A stretch of 64,000 nt of DNA, taken from an uncultured Verrucomicrobiota bacterium. GTDB taxonomy: Bacteria > Verrucomicrobiota > Kiritimatiellia > Kiritimatiellales > Pontiellaceae. Made by a program: the position numbers and the translations under genes. The stretch covers positions 5,616 to 69,615 of the forward strand of contig CAJYAJ010000003.1 in NCBI GenBank assembly GCA_913065005.1. Direction: 5' to 3'. This document shows positions 29,338 through 38,276 of this stretch, piece after piece (position 1 is the first letter of the stretch; the number at the start of each line of letters is the position of its first letter). The notes under the pieces were generated by a model, which worked only from the letters and a program-made list of their open reading frames with translations, was not told where the DNA came from and did not search any database.

Positions 29338-30510
29338 CTAAGAAAGAGGCCGATCTAGCGAGCGATATCCCACCGCCTCCGCCACATGATCAGACCCAAT
29401 CCACTGCGCCTCCGCCAAATCCGCCACCGTCCGCGCCACCTTCAAAATTCGATTATACGCCCGCGCACTCAACTGCAACTCCTGCATAGCCGCCCGCAAC
29501 AACCCCTCCGCCTCCGGCTCCATCCGACACACCGATGCCATCAACCGACTCGGCATCTGCGCATTACAAAACACCCCCGGCACCCGCTCAAACCGAATCC
29601 GCTGCCGCTCCCGCGCTGCCACCACCCGCGCCCGAATCAACGCAGACCGCTCCCCCGGAGCCATCTCCCGCAACGTCTCAAACGGACCCGGTGGCACTTC
29701 CAACTGCAAATCAATCCGATCCAACAACGGCCCCGAAATCTTTCCCCGATACCGCTCAATCTGCCGCGGCGAACAACGACACACCTTCAACGGATCACTC
29801 AAAAAACCACACGGACACGGATTCATCGCCGCCACCAGCATAAATCGACACGGATACACCACACTCACCCCCGCCCGCACCAACTGCACCCAACCCTCCT
29901 CCATCGGCTGCCGCATCACCTCCAACACATGCCGCTGAAACTCCGGCAACTCATCCAAAAACCGCTCCTTCACATCCACCGTAAAAGGCTCCAGCTCCAA
30001 CGTCCGATTCAAGAAATCCGCCGCCGTACGCAACGTCCGCACCGCAAACACCTTAATCCCCTGCACCACCGCGGCCTCTTCCGCATTCTCCGCTGGCACC
30101 ATCACCGCCGTAAACCCCTTCGCCCGTGCCATCAGCGTCAACGGCAACACCCCCCGCACCGGACGCACCGCTCCACTCAACGCCAACTCTCCTACCACGC
30201 AAATCCGATTCAACCCCTCCAACCGCAATCCATCCGTCGCCGCTAAGATTCCCAACGCTATCGGTAAATCAAAACACGGCCCCTCCTTCCGCCGATTCGC
30301 CGGTGCCAAATTGATCGTCGTCCGCCCCTTCGGAGGCTCAAATCCCGAATGCAACAACGCCGTCCAGACCCGGTCGGCACTCTCCTTCACCGCCGCATCC
30401 GGCAGTCCCACCACCACCGTCTTCGGCTCCCCATGCCCCGCATTCACCTCAATCGAAACCGCATACGCCTCGATCCCCGTTAAGGCACCCGAATGAATTT
30501 CTGCCAACAT
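29338..30510 (-). pseudogene. comM: ComM/YifB Mg-chelatase-like AAA+ protein with an in-frame internal deletion that removes Walker A
   Basis: VGLPDAAVKES, INLAPA, GELALSG N-domain joins directly to FLDELPEF; no GPPGxGKT or PHH; 390 aa. Confidence 0.8.
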
Positions 30511-30614
30511 CTACACCCCCCAAACCACCCGACTATTAAATACTTGATAAGAAGATGTGTAAATTAATTAAGTAACTGGAAGACAAGCCGCCCGCCATTC
30601 GCTATCTTCAACGC

Positions 30615-31262
30615 ATGAAAAATCTACTTCTTATAAGCTGCCTACTTCCCAGCCTACTCGCGGCACAAACCGCCCAAGAAATTCTGCAGCAAGTACAACT
30701 CCATCTGCCCCAACAACCCCTCACCTTCAACGGCACCCTCTACCGCAAAACCGCCAACGGATTCAACCGCGTATCGCTGCCCATCCAGACCACCCTACGC
30801 CTCGGCGACACCCCCGCCCGCGCCCATTACCGCATTGGCGAAACCACCCTCGACCTCCACTGGGAAAACAACCAGCCCATCTACACCTTTTCCGAAGCAA
30901 CCCTCGAGCCTACCCATGAAATTGCCGACAGCGGCATGAGCTGGACCGATCTGAGCCTCGGCTTTCTCTGGTGGCCCAACCCAACCCTGATTGGCCCCAC
31001 TCGAAAGATAAACCGCGACGCCTGGCTTCTCGAGATCCCTGTTCCCAATCACACCGATCACCTCCGCATCTGGATTGAAAAAGAGATGGCCATGCTTCTC
31101 GAGGTTCAACGGATCAATGCCAAAGGCAGACGCCTTCAAACCCTACGCATCAAACGCCTGCGAAAAATCGACGACTTCTGGTTCGCCAAACAGATCGAGC
31201 TCTACCACCACCGCAACGGAGAACGCTCCATCATCTATATCGACGAAACCACCCACCTATAA
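30615..31262 (+). CDS. Outer-membrane lipoprotein-sorting (LolA-like fold) protein
   Basis: Signal peptide, IADSGMSWTDL, RIWIEKE..LL, KIDDFWFAK. Confidence 0.65.
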   Translation: MKNLLLISCLLPSLLAAQTAQEILQQVQLHLPQQPLTFNGTLYRKTANGFNRVSLPIQTTLRLGDTPARAHYRIGETTLDLHWENNQPIYTFSEATLEPTHEIADSGMSWTDLSLGFLWWPNPTLIGPTRKINRDAWLLEIPVPNHTDHLRIWIEKEMAMLLEVQRINAKGRRLQTLRIKRLRKIDDFWFAKQIELYHHRNGERSIIYIDETTHL

Positions 31263-31286
31263 AAAAAGCGGGCAAAACGCCCGCTT
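31261..31286 (-). terminator. Intrinsic terminator between convergent genes
   Basis: AAAAAAA-GCGGGC-AAAAC-GCCCGC-TT on +; GC stem then T7 on the minus strand. Confidence 0.8.
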
Positions 31287-31289
31287 CCC

Positions 31290-31424
31290 TCACGACTCTT
31301 CCGAGCCCTCTGATTTTCCGTGATCCGCTTTCCACTGAGCCAGCTTTTCCTGATACTCCTCTTCGGATAACGCATGCCAACCAATGCACTCACCGGTTGG
31401 ACTTCTTCCACATCCACATGGCAT
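31290..31424 (-). CDS. 44-aa CDGSH-like (3Cys-1His) miniprotein
   Basis: MPCGCGRSPTGECIGWH; SD AGGGAG upstream, terminator downstream. Confidence 0.7.
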   Translation of the reverse strand: MPCGCGRSPTGECIGWHALSEEEYQEKLAQWKADHGKSEGSEES

Positions 31425-31487
31425 AATTAACTCCCTGTTAAGTGAATTTAATCTATTTTTCAATCCTACGCTCAAAACACGCCCACA

Positions 31488-31994
31488 TCAACCACAACCC
31501 GAACACTGCGAGCAGTCCGGTATATCAAGCGAACCTAGCTTACGCACTTCCGACTCCAAACTCCCCGGCAAGGTCTCCACAAAATCACGGATCTCATCCC
31601 GCACGCGCCGATACGGCTTCAACTGCTCCTCTTCCGAAGCCCCTTGCTCCGCCATACCGCGCGCCAACTTAGGCGGATCTTCAAACCCCACATGCTTCAC
31701 CCGCACACCCACCGGAAGCACCGGACACGACTCATGGGCATGCCCACACACCGTCACCACCCAGTCCAGCTCCTGCTCCACGAATGCCTCCCACAACTGC
31801 GACTGCTGCTCCGAAATATCCACGCCCGCTTCTGCCATCACTGCCACCGCATATGGATTGAGTCCATGCGTTTCAATCCCCGCCGAAAACACTTCAACCT
31901 GATTGCTTTTCAAGGCGCGCGTCCACCCCTCGGCCATTTGCGATCGGCATGAATTCCCCGTACATAAGTAAAGTATCTTTATTTTTTCACTCAT
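31488..31994 (-). CDS. arsC: Thioredoxin-coupled arsenate reductase (LMW-PTP fold)
   Basis: CTGNSCRSQMAEG P-loop, VTVC....ESCP, FEDP, RVRDEI; SD AAGGAG. Confidence 0.92.
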   Translation of the reverse strand: MSEKIKILYLCTGNSCRSQMAEGWTRALKSNQVEVFSAGIETHGLNPYAVAVMAEAGVDISEQQSQLWEAFVEQELDWVVTVCGHAHESCPVLPVGVRVKHVGFEDPPKLARGMAEQGASEEEQLKPYRRVRDEIRDFVETLPGSLESEVRKLGSLDIPDCSQCSGCG

Positions 31995-32023
31995 ATCTAA
32001 TGTGGCTCCTTCGTTAATCAAAC

Positions 32024-32173
32024 TTAAGCTGCCTGAAAAGAAGATCGTGTTTTATTTTCATACCTTACTAAAAGTAACATAACAGGAACTTTCGGTAAAA
32101 ATCTCCCGATAGCCACTCCCAGCAGCATGCAGACTGCAACCCATATGGTTCAATAACGCTCAAAAAAATTCAC
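32024..32173 (-). pseudogene. acr3: Collapsed Acr3 arsenite-efflux gene remnant
   Basis: SD AGGAGG then GTG; reads MNFFERY*TIWVAVCMLLGVAIGRFLPKVPVMLLLVRYENKTRSSFQAA*, resembling the Acr3 N-terminus joined to the Acr3 C-terminus; directly upstream of arsC. Confidence 0.75.
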
Positions 32174-32234
32174 TTCTTTACCTCCTATAAAAAGTAAACT
32201 CTATGGTTTATTTTTGTGAGGAATATATGAGTAA

Positions 32235-34040
32235 TCAGCTTTTATCTTTGATGCGTTTTTGACGTTTACGCTCATTCTCTGTTAATAATTTTTTACGCAT
32301 CCGAATGGATTTGGGGGTAATTTCGACTAACTCTTTCCCGTCGATATACTCTAAGGCTTCTTCAAGACTTTTTATCTGTGCAGGAGCAATCTTCATAGCA
32401 CGGTCCGTTCCGCTTGCTCTTACATTGGTTAACTGTTTCGCTTTTTGCAGATTTACGACCAAATCATTATCTAGACAATGTTCTGCCACTACCATGCCCT
32501 CGTAACAATCCTCACCGGGGTTAACAAAAAAGATCCCTCTCTGCTGCAGTCCATCTATCGCAAATGCAACCGATGGCCCCTTGCCCTGTGAAATCAACAC
32601 CCCATTCAATCGCTGAGCAATCTCACCTTTAAAAGGTTCATAGCGAAGAAATCTATGCGTCACAATGGCCTCTCCTGCCGATGCGGTTAGCATTTTCGAG
32701 CGTAACCCAATGAGGCCTCGAGTTGGTATATGGAACTGAATGGTTTTACGATTTCCATGTATCTGCATGTCTACCATTTCTCCGCGCCGAACTCCCGCCA
32801 CTTCAATAATCTTTCCTGAATGCTCATCCGGCACATCTACATGCAACAACTCCACCGGTTCGTGGCGTTTCCCATCCACTTCCTTAATGATCACCTGCGG
32901 TTGCGCCACCGACATCTCAAATCCTTCGCGACGCATATTTTCAATCAAAATAGAGAGATGCAAAACCCCACGCCCGCTCACCTTGAACGCATCGCCATCC
33001 ATCTCCTCCACTCGCAACGCCACATCCCGCTCCGTCTCCTTGAACAAACGGTCCCGCAAATGGCGGCTCGTCACAAACTCCCCATCCTGTCCATAGAACG
33101 GTGAATCATTCACACTAAACGTCATCGAAAGCGTTGGCTCATCTACTTTAATCGGTGGCAATGCCTCTGGAGCTTCCTCCGCACACAAACAATCCCCAAT
33201 ATCAATATCCGGAATCCCCACCACCGCACACAAATCACCACACGGAACCGACTCCGCTTCGCTTCGACCGAGCCCCTCAAAAGTAAACAGTTGTTTCAAC
33301 CGCGTCCCTTGCTGCGAACCATTCCGCCGAATATGCACCAACGCATCCTTCACGCCCATCGAACCCCGAAAAACCCGACCAATTCCAATTCGACCTACAT
33401 AATCATTGTAATCAATCGACGTCACCTGCATCTGTACCGGACCCTCACGCAGGGGCGGCGCCGGAATATCATCCAATACCGCATCCATCAACGGCTGCAT
33501 CGATTCCCGCGACGCCTCTAAGGTCCGCGCCGCCCAACCATCTTTTCCACTGCAATAAAGGAAAGGAAAATCCAGCTGCTCATCGCTTGCATCCAACTCC
33601 ACAAACAGATCAAACACCAAATCATGTACTGCATCCGGGCGAGCATCCGGCTTATCGATTTTATTAATCACCACAATCGGCTTTAAATCCAACTGCAACG
33701 CCTTATCCAAAACAAACCGCGTCTGCGGCATCGGCCCCTCCGCCGCATCCACCAACAACAAAACGCCATCCGCCAAATTCAGCACCCGCTCCACCTGTCC
33801 ACCAAAATCGCTGTGGCCCGGCGTATCGATCACATTGATTTTTGTGCCTCGATAATTCACGCTGATATTCTTCGAGAGAATGGTAATGCCCCGCTCCCGC
33901 TCCAGATCATTACTATCCAGAAGACACGTCTTCATCGCCTCGTTATCACGAAACAACTCTGCCTGCTTAATAATCTCATCCACCAACGTCGTCTTGCCGT
34001 GGTCTACGTGTGCGATAATGGCTATATTGCGAAGTTCCAT
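32235..34040 (-). CDS. typA: Translational GTPase TypA/BipA
   Basis: RNIAIIAHVDHGKTTL, DTPGH, NKID, GRG.LHL, EITPKSIRMRK. Confidence 0.97.
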   Translation of the reverse strand: MELRNIAIIAHVDHGKTTLVDEIIKQAELFRDNEAMKTCLLDSNDLERERGITILSKNISVNYRGTKINVIDTPGHSDFGGQVERVLNLADGVLLLVDAAEGPMPQTRFVLDKALQLDLKPIVVINKIDKPDARPDAVHDLVFDLFVELDASDEQLDFPFLYCSGKDGWAARTLEASRESMQPLMDAVLDDIPAPPLREGPVQMQVTSIDYNDYVGRIGIGRVFRGSMGVKDALVHIRRNGSQQGTRLKQLFTFEGLGRSEAESVPCGDLCAVVGIPDIDIGDCLCAEEAPEALPPIKVDEPTLSMTFSVNDSPFYGQDGEFVTSRHLRDRLFKETERDVALRVEEMDGDAFKVSGRGVLHLSILIENMRREGFEMSVAQPQVIIKEVDGKRHEPVELLHVDVPDEHSGKIIEVAGVRRGEMVDMQIHGNRKTIQFHIPTRGLIGLRSKMLTASAGEAIVTHRFLRYEPFKGEIAQRLNGVLISQGKGPSVAFAIDGLQQRGIFFVNPGEDCYEGMVVAEHCLDNDLVVNLQKAKQLTNVRASGTDRAMKIAPAQIKSLEEALEYIDGKELVEITPKSIRMRKKLLTENERKRQKRIKDKS

Positions 34041-34214
34041 AAGGCTCCTTTAAAAAACTCGGCGCAACATAGCCGTTTACAGCGGAAAAGCAACCCTAAC
34101 CGACTCATACCGTATAACTACTGATTAAAAAAAGACTCCTCTTGAAGAGAAAAGTAGCCCGGACGCTTCGATTGCCCCTTGCCAGCTTCCGTGCCCATTC
34201 GCTACATTCATAGC

Positions 34215-34808
34215 ATGATTGCATTCCTTGAAGGATCTCTAGAAGTCAAAGAGCTTGCTCGCATCGTCCTCAACTGCGGAGGCGTCGGCTATGAAGTCAC
34301 CATCCCACTCAGTAGCTACGACCGTCTCCCCGAGCAAAATAAAATCTGTCGCTTGCTCATCCATCACCACATCACCGAAGCCGACCAAAAACTCTACGGC
34401 TTTATGACCGAAAGCGAACGCGAAATGTTTACCCACCTACTCACCATCAACGGCGTCGGTCCCAAAATTGCTGTCGCCGCCCTCTCCGGGCTCCCCGTCA
34501 GCGAAATGCGTCGCGCCATCATCACCGGCGACATCAAAACCATCTGCTCCATCTCCGGGATTGGCAAAAAAAGTGCTGAACGCATCGTTGTGGAACTTCG
34601 CGATCGCTTCGGAAAAGGCGATCAGTTAGACGCCTTTGCAACCACCACCGAACCCCAAGGCGATCACCGCCTCCGAGATGCAGCTCTCGCCCTTCAGGCC
34701 CTGGGCCAACCCGCCGAAACCGCCGCCAATAAAGTCAAATCCGTCGCCAAAGAACTCACCCCCAAAATGACCGTTGAAGAGATTATCCGACGAGCGCTAA
34801 CTCAGTAA
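34215..34808 (+). CDS. ruvA: Holliday junction branch-migration protein RuvA
   Basis: MIAFLEG, GGVGYE, LYGF, NGVGPK.A, GIGKKSAERIVVEL. Confidence 0.95.
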   Translation: MIAFLEGSLEVKELARIVLNCGGVGYEVTIPLSSYDRLPEQNKICRLLIHHHITEADQKLYGFMTESEREMFTHLLTINGVGPKIAVAALSGLPVSEMRRAIITGDIKTICSISGIGKKSAERIVVELRDRFGKGDQLDAFATTTEPQGDHRLRDAALALQALGQPAETAANKVKSVAKELTPKMTVEEIIRRALTQ

Positions 34809-36607
34809 TGATGTCTATAAGAAGAATACTTCCAATACTCATTCTTAGCGTTCCTACATACGCAGAGCCTCTTCTTTATTCATGGCTGATTGATCAATCA
34901 AGCACGTATGCTGAATTGTTTGAGTCCCATGATGATGAGGAAAATCATAATGAAGTTCATACCTGGAGCCAGGGCGCTGGTGTTCAGGCGTTACCTACTT
35001 ATTCTGGAGTCAACGAAGTCTCCTACTCAGAAGATTGGGTCTACATTCGAACGACAGGGTTGGGGCATCATATCATGGGTCCATGGTATTTGAATGAAGC
35101 GAACACACAACTATTCCCAAATTTCCCAGCCAATGTTGCCGCCATATATAGATTCCCACGAACCGCCTCCTCATCCTCTTCCGCTTATGAAATTACCTCT
35201 GGAGGTGCGATTGGTTACTTCGTAGACGGAGTCGCTATGTTTGATTGTAGGGATGCCTTTTCGTATATCAATAATCTCGGAACGGACGGCACTCCCAATG
35301 GCGGAAATGGAAGGGGTGATGGTATATGGAATAGAGATGCTTATGAAAACGAACGGGTTACCTTCGACTCTGCAAATGCACACCAGGCTTCTGACACATA
35401 TCATTACCATGCCAACCCTACTGCGTTGAGATATCTGCTCGATGATCATGTTGAATATCATGAAAATAATACCTACACCGAGAAAGTGGGCATTCCAACC
35501 CATCACTCGCCCATCATAGGATGGGTTTCAGATGGTTATCCAGTCTATGGCCCTTATGGATACGCAGACGCCAATAACAGTGAGAGCGGCATTAAGCGAA
35601 TGACTTCGGGATATCAAAAAAGAGTCATGACAGATAGAACATCCTATCCAGATTGGGCATCAAGGATGTATGCTAAACCCACTTTATCTACAGCGGAATA
35701 TGGCCCCAATATAACCACACAATTTCCCATCGGGCACTACATAGAAGATTATGAATACATGGGCGATGTAGGATTAACACAAGGCATTGACTTCGACTTA
35801 GATGAGCATAATGGAAGGTTTTGCATTACCCCTGACTTCCCAAATGGAACATACGCGTACTTCATAACTTGTGAAGATGATGGAACACCTGTTTTCCCGT
35901 ATAATATTGGCAGAGCCTATTATGGAACCCCCTCCGGAGGATCTGTTAATGAACTGGCACAGACCATCGTCATATTTGCTGAAGGCGGGGCTGAATCTGC
36001 AATTAAAGCAACTCTTTTGACACTTTCCGATCATTGTAAATTACAATTTGACGGAGCTGAAGGTGGTCACTATAAGATCGAATTTTCTACCAATCTCACC
36101 GATGGCTTTTCAACGCTGATCACGAATCTTACTTCGAGTTCTCATCACTTTGAATTTACGCACTCAAATACCTATTCTCAAAGTGGGTTTTACCGAGTCA
36201 TAATAGAACGTGCTGATGCCTATGATGACGAGGGTTATGATTCAGGTGTTGATATGCATGACTCGATCGACACCGTGATAACAAACCTCTATGTTTCACC
36301 CTCTTCGGGTCATCCTGGCGAAATAGTTTCCATAACAATTACATTAAATAATGATGACTTTGGCAGGTCGGTTCCACCCCTTCAGCATACTTCAGGAGTA
36401 TCGATTCCTGTACATGAGCTTACGGTTGGTAATATAAATACAAATAATATCAGCAATATTGTCAGGGTGAATCGATTCACAACTACATTTGATCTTACCA
36501 TTCCAGCCAATCAAGCTCCCAATATAGTTGATATAATCATACGTTTTATGGGGCCAAGCGGCAATACACCTACTTTTACTATTACGGATGGATTTGTGAT
36601 TGAATAA
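34808..36607 (+). CDS. Secreted YHYH-domain protein
   Basis: YHYH, HSPIIGW..DGYPVYGPYG, DLDEHNGRF..TP.FP.G.YAYF; signal peptide; AT-rich. Confidence 0.85.
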   Translation: MMSIRRILPILILSVPTYAEPLLYSWLIDQSSTYAELFESHDDEENHNEVHTWSQGAGVQALPTYSGVNEVSYSEDWVYIRTTGLGHHIMGPWYLNEANTQLFPNFPANVAAIYRFPRTASSSSSAYEITSGGAIGYFVDGVAMFDCRDAFSYINNLGTDGTPNGGNGRGDGIWNRDAYENERVTFDSANAHQASDTYHYHANPTALRYLLDDHVEYHENNTYTEKVGIPTHHSPIIGWVSDGYPVYGPYGYADANNSESGIKRMTSGYQKRVMTDRTSYPDWASRMYAKPTLSTAEYGPNITTQFPIGHYIEDYEYMGDVGLTQGIDFDLDEHNGRFCITPDFPNGTYAYFITCEDDGTPVFPYNIGRAYYGTPSGGSVNELAQTIVIFAEGGAESAIKATLLTLSDHCKLQFDGAEGGHYKIEFSTNLTDGFSTLITNLTSSSHHFEFTHSNTYSQSGFYRVIIERADAYDDEGYDSGVDMHDSIDTVITNLYVSPSSGHPGEIVSITITLNNDDFGRSVPPLQHTSGVSIPVHELTVGNINTNNISNIVRVNRFTTTFDLTIPANQAPNIVDIIIRFMGPSGNTPTFTITDGFVIE

Positions 36608-36728
36608 CGTCAATTGCCCTCCCTTACCTTCAGATTCTAAATCCCATAGAACCCCGTTTGTATAGCGGATGCGCAAAAGAAACGGTCATCGTCTCCGATG
36701 CCATTAAACCTGATACATTCCGCAACGA

Positions 36729-38150
36729 CTATCTTTCAGGACTCCTTGAGCGAATCACAACAACAGGAGATACGACAGGCCTTTTATCCAACAGCTTGAT
36801 TAATTTCCATTTTCCAGACGCAAACCGCCATGTATATCCGCCACCAAGCAAGCCAATATAAAGAAGCGCCCACCCCCAACAGAGCAGGTGATGCGCCTCA
36901 TAGCCCACAATCAAAATCAACTGCCCAGGCACAAAAATACCCCACGCAATAATCGCTTGATAACGCATCACAAAATGAGTGTCTCCAGCACCTTTGAGGG
37001 CTCCAGAAAGAATCAACGAAGCCGCATCCAGCAAGCCCCAAACTGCTAAGATAATCAATAAATAGCGAACCGCCTCGCGAAGCGCAGCAAAATCAAAACT
37101 ATTCGCTTCCGCAGAAAAGATGGCGAGATAGAGATCGGGAATCAGAATGAAAGAGACTCCAATGAGACTGATATAAGCCAACCCCATCTGTAGAGCAGTC
37201 CAACCATAGCGAGCTGCTTCAGCAGCATCGTCACGACCCAAACACTGCCCGACCAGAATCGACGCCGCAAGGCCCATCCCGATCATCGGCATGAATGCGA
37301 TTAAATTAATACTAAGCGCAATATTACCCGCAAACTGCGCAAGATCACCCAGTCGACCAATCAATAAAACAAATACCGAAAAAGCCGCCACTTCGGTGAA
37401 GAAATGGACCCCAGACGGCAAACCAAAACGAAGCATCCGCAGAAAAAGCGGGCGATCTAGACGAAGACATCGAACGGTTCCGAACGACTCACGATGCCAT
37501 CGATTAAAATAGATGATCCCCAAGAAAAGTGGCGCACTCCACGAACCAATAACGCTCGCCCAAGCTGCACCCGCGATACCCATTTCCGGTAAGCCCCAGC
37601 AACCAAAAACGAACAGGTAGTTCATGAAAATATTGATTCCATTCGCCAAAACATTGCAACCCATCACCACACGGGTTTGCCCCTGTCCAGAAAAAAACGA
37701 GCTAATGGCAGACGAAAGCACCATTCCGCCACCCCCAAAAAGCAGGATGCGCATATACTGCTCTTCGAGAACCAGCACCTCAGGCACATGGCCCACCAAC
37801 CGCAACACCCCCACCCCGATTGGCGCCAACAACAAGATGATCGGAATCGCGAGCAACGCAAAAAAGATTCCTTGCGCGGTAGCGACCGCGGCTCCCTCCC
37901 TATCCTCTCGTCCAGCCAACTGGGCGACAAATGTATTGGTGATCCCAGCGAGCGCCATAAAGCCACACACAAACGTAAAAAAAAGAATGCCCCCAGGCAG
38001 CGAAGCGCGAAAAGAAGCTTCGCTATACCACGACAAGAAAAGCCGATCAAAAAAGTTTAGCAAAGCAAAACTACCGGAGTTAATAATCAAAGGCCACGCC
38101 ACCCTTAAGAGAGCTTGGCGACGAGCGCGGTTGGTAATAACTTCGGACAT
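36729..38150 (-). CDS. MATE-family efflux transporter
   Basis: About 12 TMs, DRLFL, LRFGLPSG, LVGQCLG, GALKGAGDT. Confidence 0.92.
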   Translation of the reverse strand: MSEVITNRARRQALLRVAWPLIINSGSFALLNFFDRLFLSWYSEASFRASLPGGILFFTFVCGFMALAGITNTFVAQLAGREDREGAAVATAQGIFFALLAIPIILLLAPIGVGVLRLVGHVPEVLVLEEQYMRILLFGGGGMVLSSAISSFFSGQGQTRVVMGCNVLANGINIFMNYLFVFGCWGLPEMGIAGAAWASVIGSWSAPLFLGIIYFNRWHRESFGTVRCLRLDRPLFLRMLRFGLPSGVHFFTEVAAFSVFVLLIGRLGDLAQFAGNIALSINLIAFMPMIGMGLAASILVGQCLGRDDAAEAARYGWTALQMGLAYISLIGVSFILIPDLYLAIFSAEANSFDFAALREAVRYLLIILAVWGLLDAASLILSGALKGAGDTHFVMRYQAIIAWGIFVPGQLILIVGYEAHHLLCWGWALLYIGLLGGGYTWRFASGKWKLIKLLDKRPVVSPVVVIRSRSPER

Positions 38151-38223
38151 GGAGCCAAAACCTACTCGCTTTCTCTGCGAAGGGAAACCGCAAAAGCAGA
38201 ACGAATCCGTGAAGGGGTGTCGT

Positions 38224-38252
38224 TTGACAACCCATCGACACTATTCTACCCT
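38224..38252 (+). promoter_or_regulatory. Putative sigma70 promoter of the RND operon
   Basis: TTGACA-17 nt-TACCCT. Confidence 0.55.
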
Positions 38253-38276
38253 CTCGCATCGATTAGGGGTTTCTGA

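Noticed and set aside
19968-30246. Long alternative-frame ORFs (19968-20888, 22985-23965, 29386-30246 and many shorter ones)
   Set aside because: They are P/S/T/H/R-rich shadows of well-supported genes; the C/A-rich plus strand has few stop codons, so long spurious frames are expected.
32150-32152. In-frame TGA in the acr3 remnant as selenocysteine or readthrough
   Set aside because: The position corresponds to a Leu in Acr3 (RYLT), no SECIS-like hairpin is evident, and the gene is internally deleted anyway.
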